A program made the position numbers and the translations under genes. A DNA stretch of 57,040 nucleotides, taken from the NCBI GenBank assembly GCA_963693365.1, contig CAVNZM010000016.1, positions 1,164,131-1,221,170 of the forward strand. The letters run 5' to 3'. The notes beneath the pieces were generated by a model that made no database searches, was not told the DNA's origin, and saw only the letters and a list, made by a program, of their open reading frames with translations. The stretch comes from Amoebidium appalachense (taxonomy: Eukaryota; Protista; Ichthyosporea). Below, piece after piece: positions 47,090 to 57,040 of this stretch (the stretch's first letter is position 1; each line of letters opens with the position of its first letter).

Positions 47090-47838
47090 ATGTGTGTGTG
47101 TGCGTGTGGGTGTGCACGTGTGTGCTTGCGTGTGGGTGTTTGTGTGTGTGGTTCTGTGTGTGGTTTTGTCTTTTTGTGTCCCTTGTGGTGCATGTTTATG
47201 TGATTAGGGTTGGTGTAAAATGGGCTGGTTCTGTGTGTGGTTCTGTCTTTTTGTGTCCCTTGTGGTGCATGTTTATGTGATTAGGGTTAGTGTAAAGTGG
47301 GCTGAGGGCTCCGTGTGTGTGCGCGGGTGTGTGGGCGCGTGGCTGTGTGCATTGCGCTCACCTACTTTTTCTGAGGCTTCACAGGTATTCCCATTCTTTT
47401 TGTTTTCCACAGGAAACGGGTTGGGCAACACAGGTGAAGGAGACTGGTTGCCAGGTAACTTGTCGTGGGGTTGAGGGTTTTCTGTGGCAAGGGTAAGGGT
47501 GGCGGTAAGTAAATCATAAAGTTTGCAGGTAACCCATAAAATCAAAATAGAGCACATCAATGACACGATACCCACTGTTCGGATAGACACGATACCCACT
47601 GTTCGGATACACGCTATTTGTGTATTTTCAAGTCACATCCCTGGACAGACGTCCTTTATACAGGGGAATAAGGGAATGAGAATGAATGATACTTTGTTTT
47701 CCTAATATCAACTCTTAAAAACGATTGGAGGGGGTGGGGGAGGGGGGGGGGGGGGGGGGGGGGGGTGCAGCAAATTGAAAGGGTGCAGCAAATTGAAAAT
47801 GTTATGGTACAACGAGACCCTGAGACGAGTAAATCTAC

Positions 47839-56830
<8,992 letters not shown>

Positions 56831-56836
56831 TTTTAG

Positions 56837-56990
56837 AGGATGTTTATTAACCACGGATACCACGGATATTCCGGATGTTAGATTCAAAAAACTTTACAAA
56901 GAAAAGCAAGCTTACAACGAGGATGTTTATTAACCACGGATACCACGGATATTCCGGATGTGAGATTCAAGACACTTTTACAAAGAAAAG
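56837..56990. repeat. ~82-bp tandem duplication upstream of the fusion gene
   Basis: GAGGATGTTTATTAACCACGGATACCACGGATATTCCGGATG at 56837 and 56919. Confidence 0.9.
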
Positions 56991-57013
56991 CAGTCACAAC
57001 ATGCTAAAAATAC

Positions 57014-57040
57014 TCTATGAAAACCACTCCGGGACGTGTG
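57014..57040 (-). mobile_element. Right (B) end of another Ngaro copy running off the window
   Basis: TCTATGAAAACCACTCCGGGACGTGTG is close to the reverse complement of the B repeat end at 36090-36116. Confidence 0.75.

Overview
This is a eukaryotic window (spliceosomal introns, microsatellites) made almost entirely of nested mobile DNA. (1) 1-~15040 is the right part of a decaying endogenous Polinton-like/adintovirus-type dsDNA virus: A32/FtsK packaging ATPase, double-jelly-roll major capsid protein, VLTF3-like factor, protein-primed PolB and a repeat-rich right end. (2) A truncated Ngaro-type tyrosine-recombinase retrotransposon (~15060-16366 + 43449-44881) is split by (3) a 27-kb DNA transposon (16367-43448; 13-bp TIR CATCAGCAATCTT, 2-bp TSD GG; ~9.5 kb without nested inserts). 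That transposon carries Plavaka-like transposase exons and, divergently, a KDM4-like JmjC demethylase gene with intact catalytic motifs. (4) Inside it is a three-LTR chromodomain Ty3/gypsy element with an internal inversion (24587-42161). This element hosts a full-length Ngaro element, a Ngaro solo-repeat remnant and a young non-autonomous LTR element. (5) ~47839-56830 (minus strand) is a multi-exon gene that appears to fuse a ParB-like domain, a beta-class N6A/N4C DNA methyltransferase-like domain and an OTU deubiquitinase. The best candidates for novel biology are the transposon-borne KDM4 and the ParB-MTase-OTU fusion. All family calls come from motif recognition by eye; no searches were run. 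Some frameshifts lie in homopolymers and may be assembly errors.
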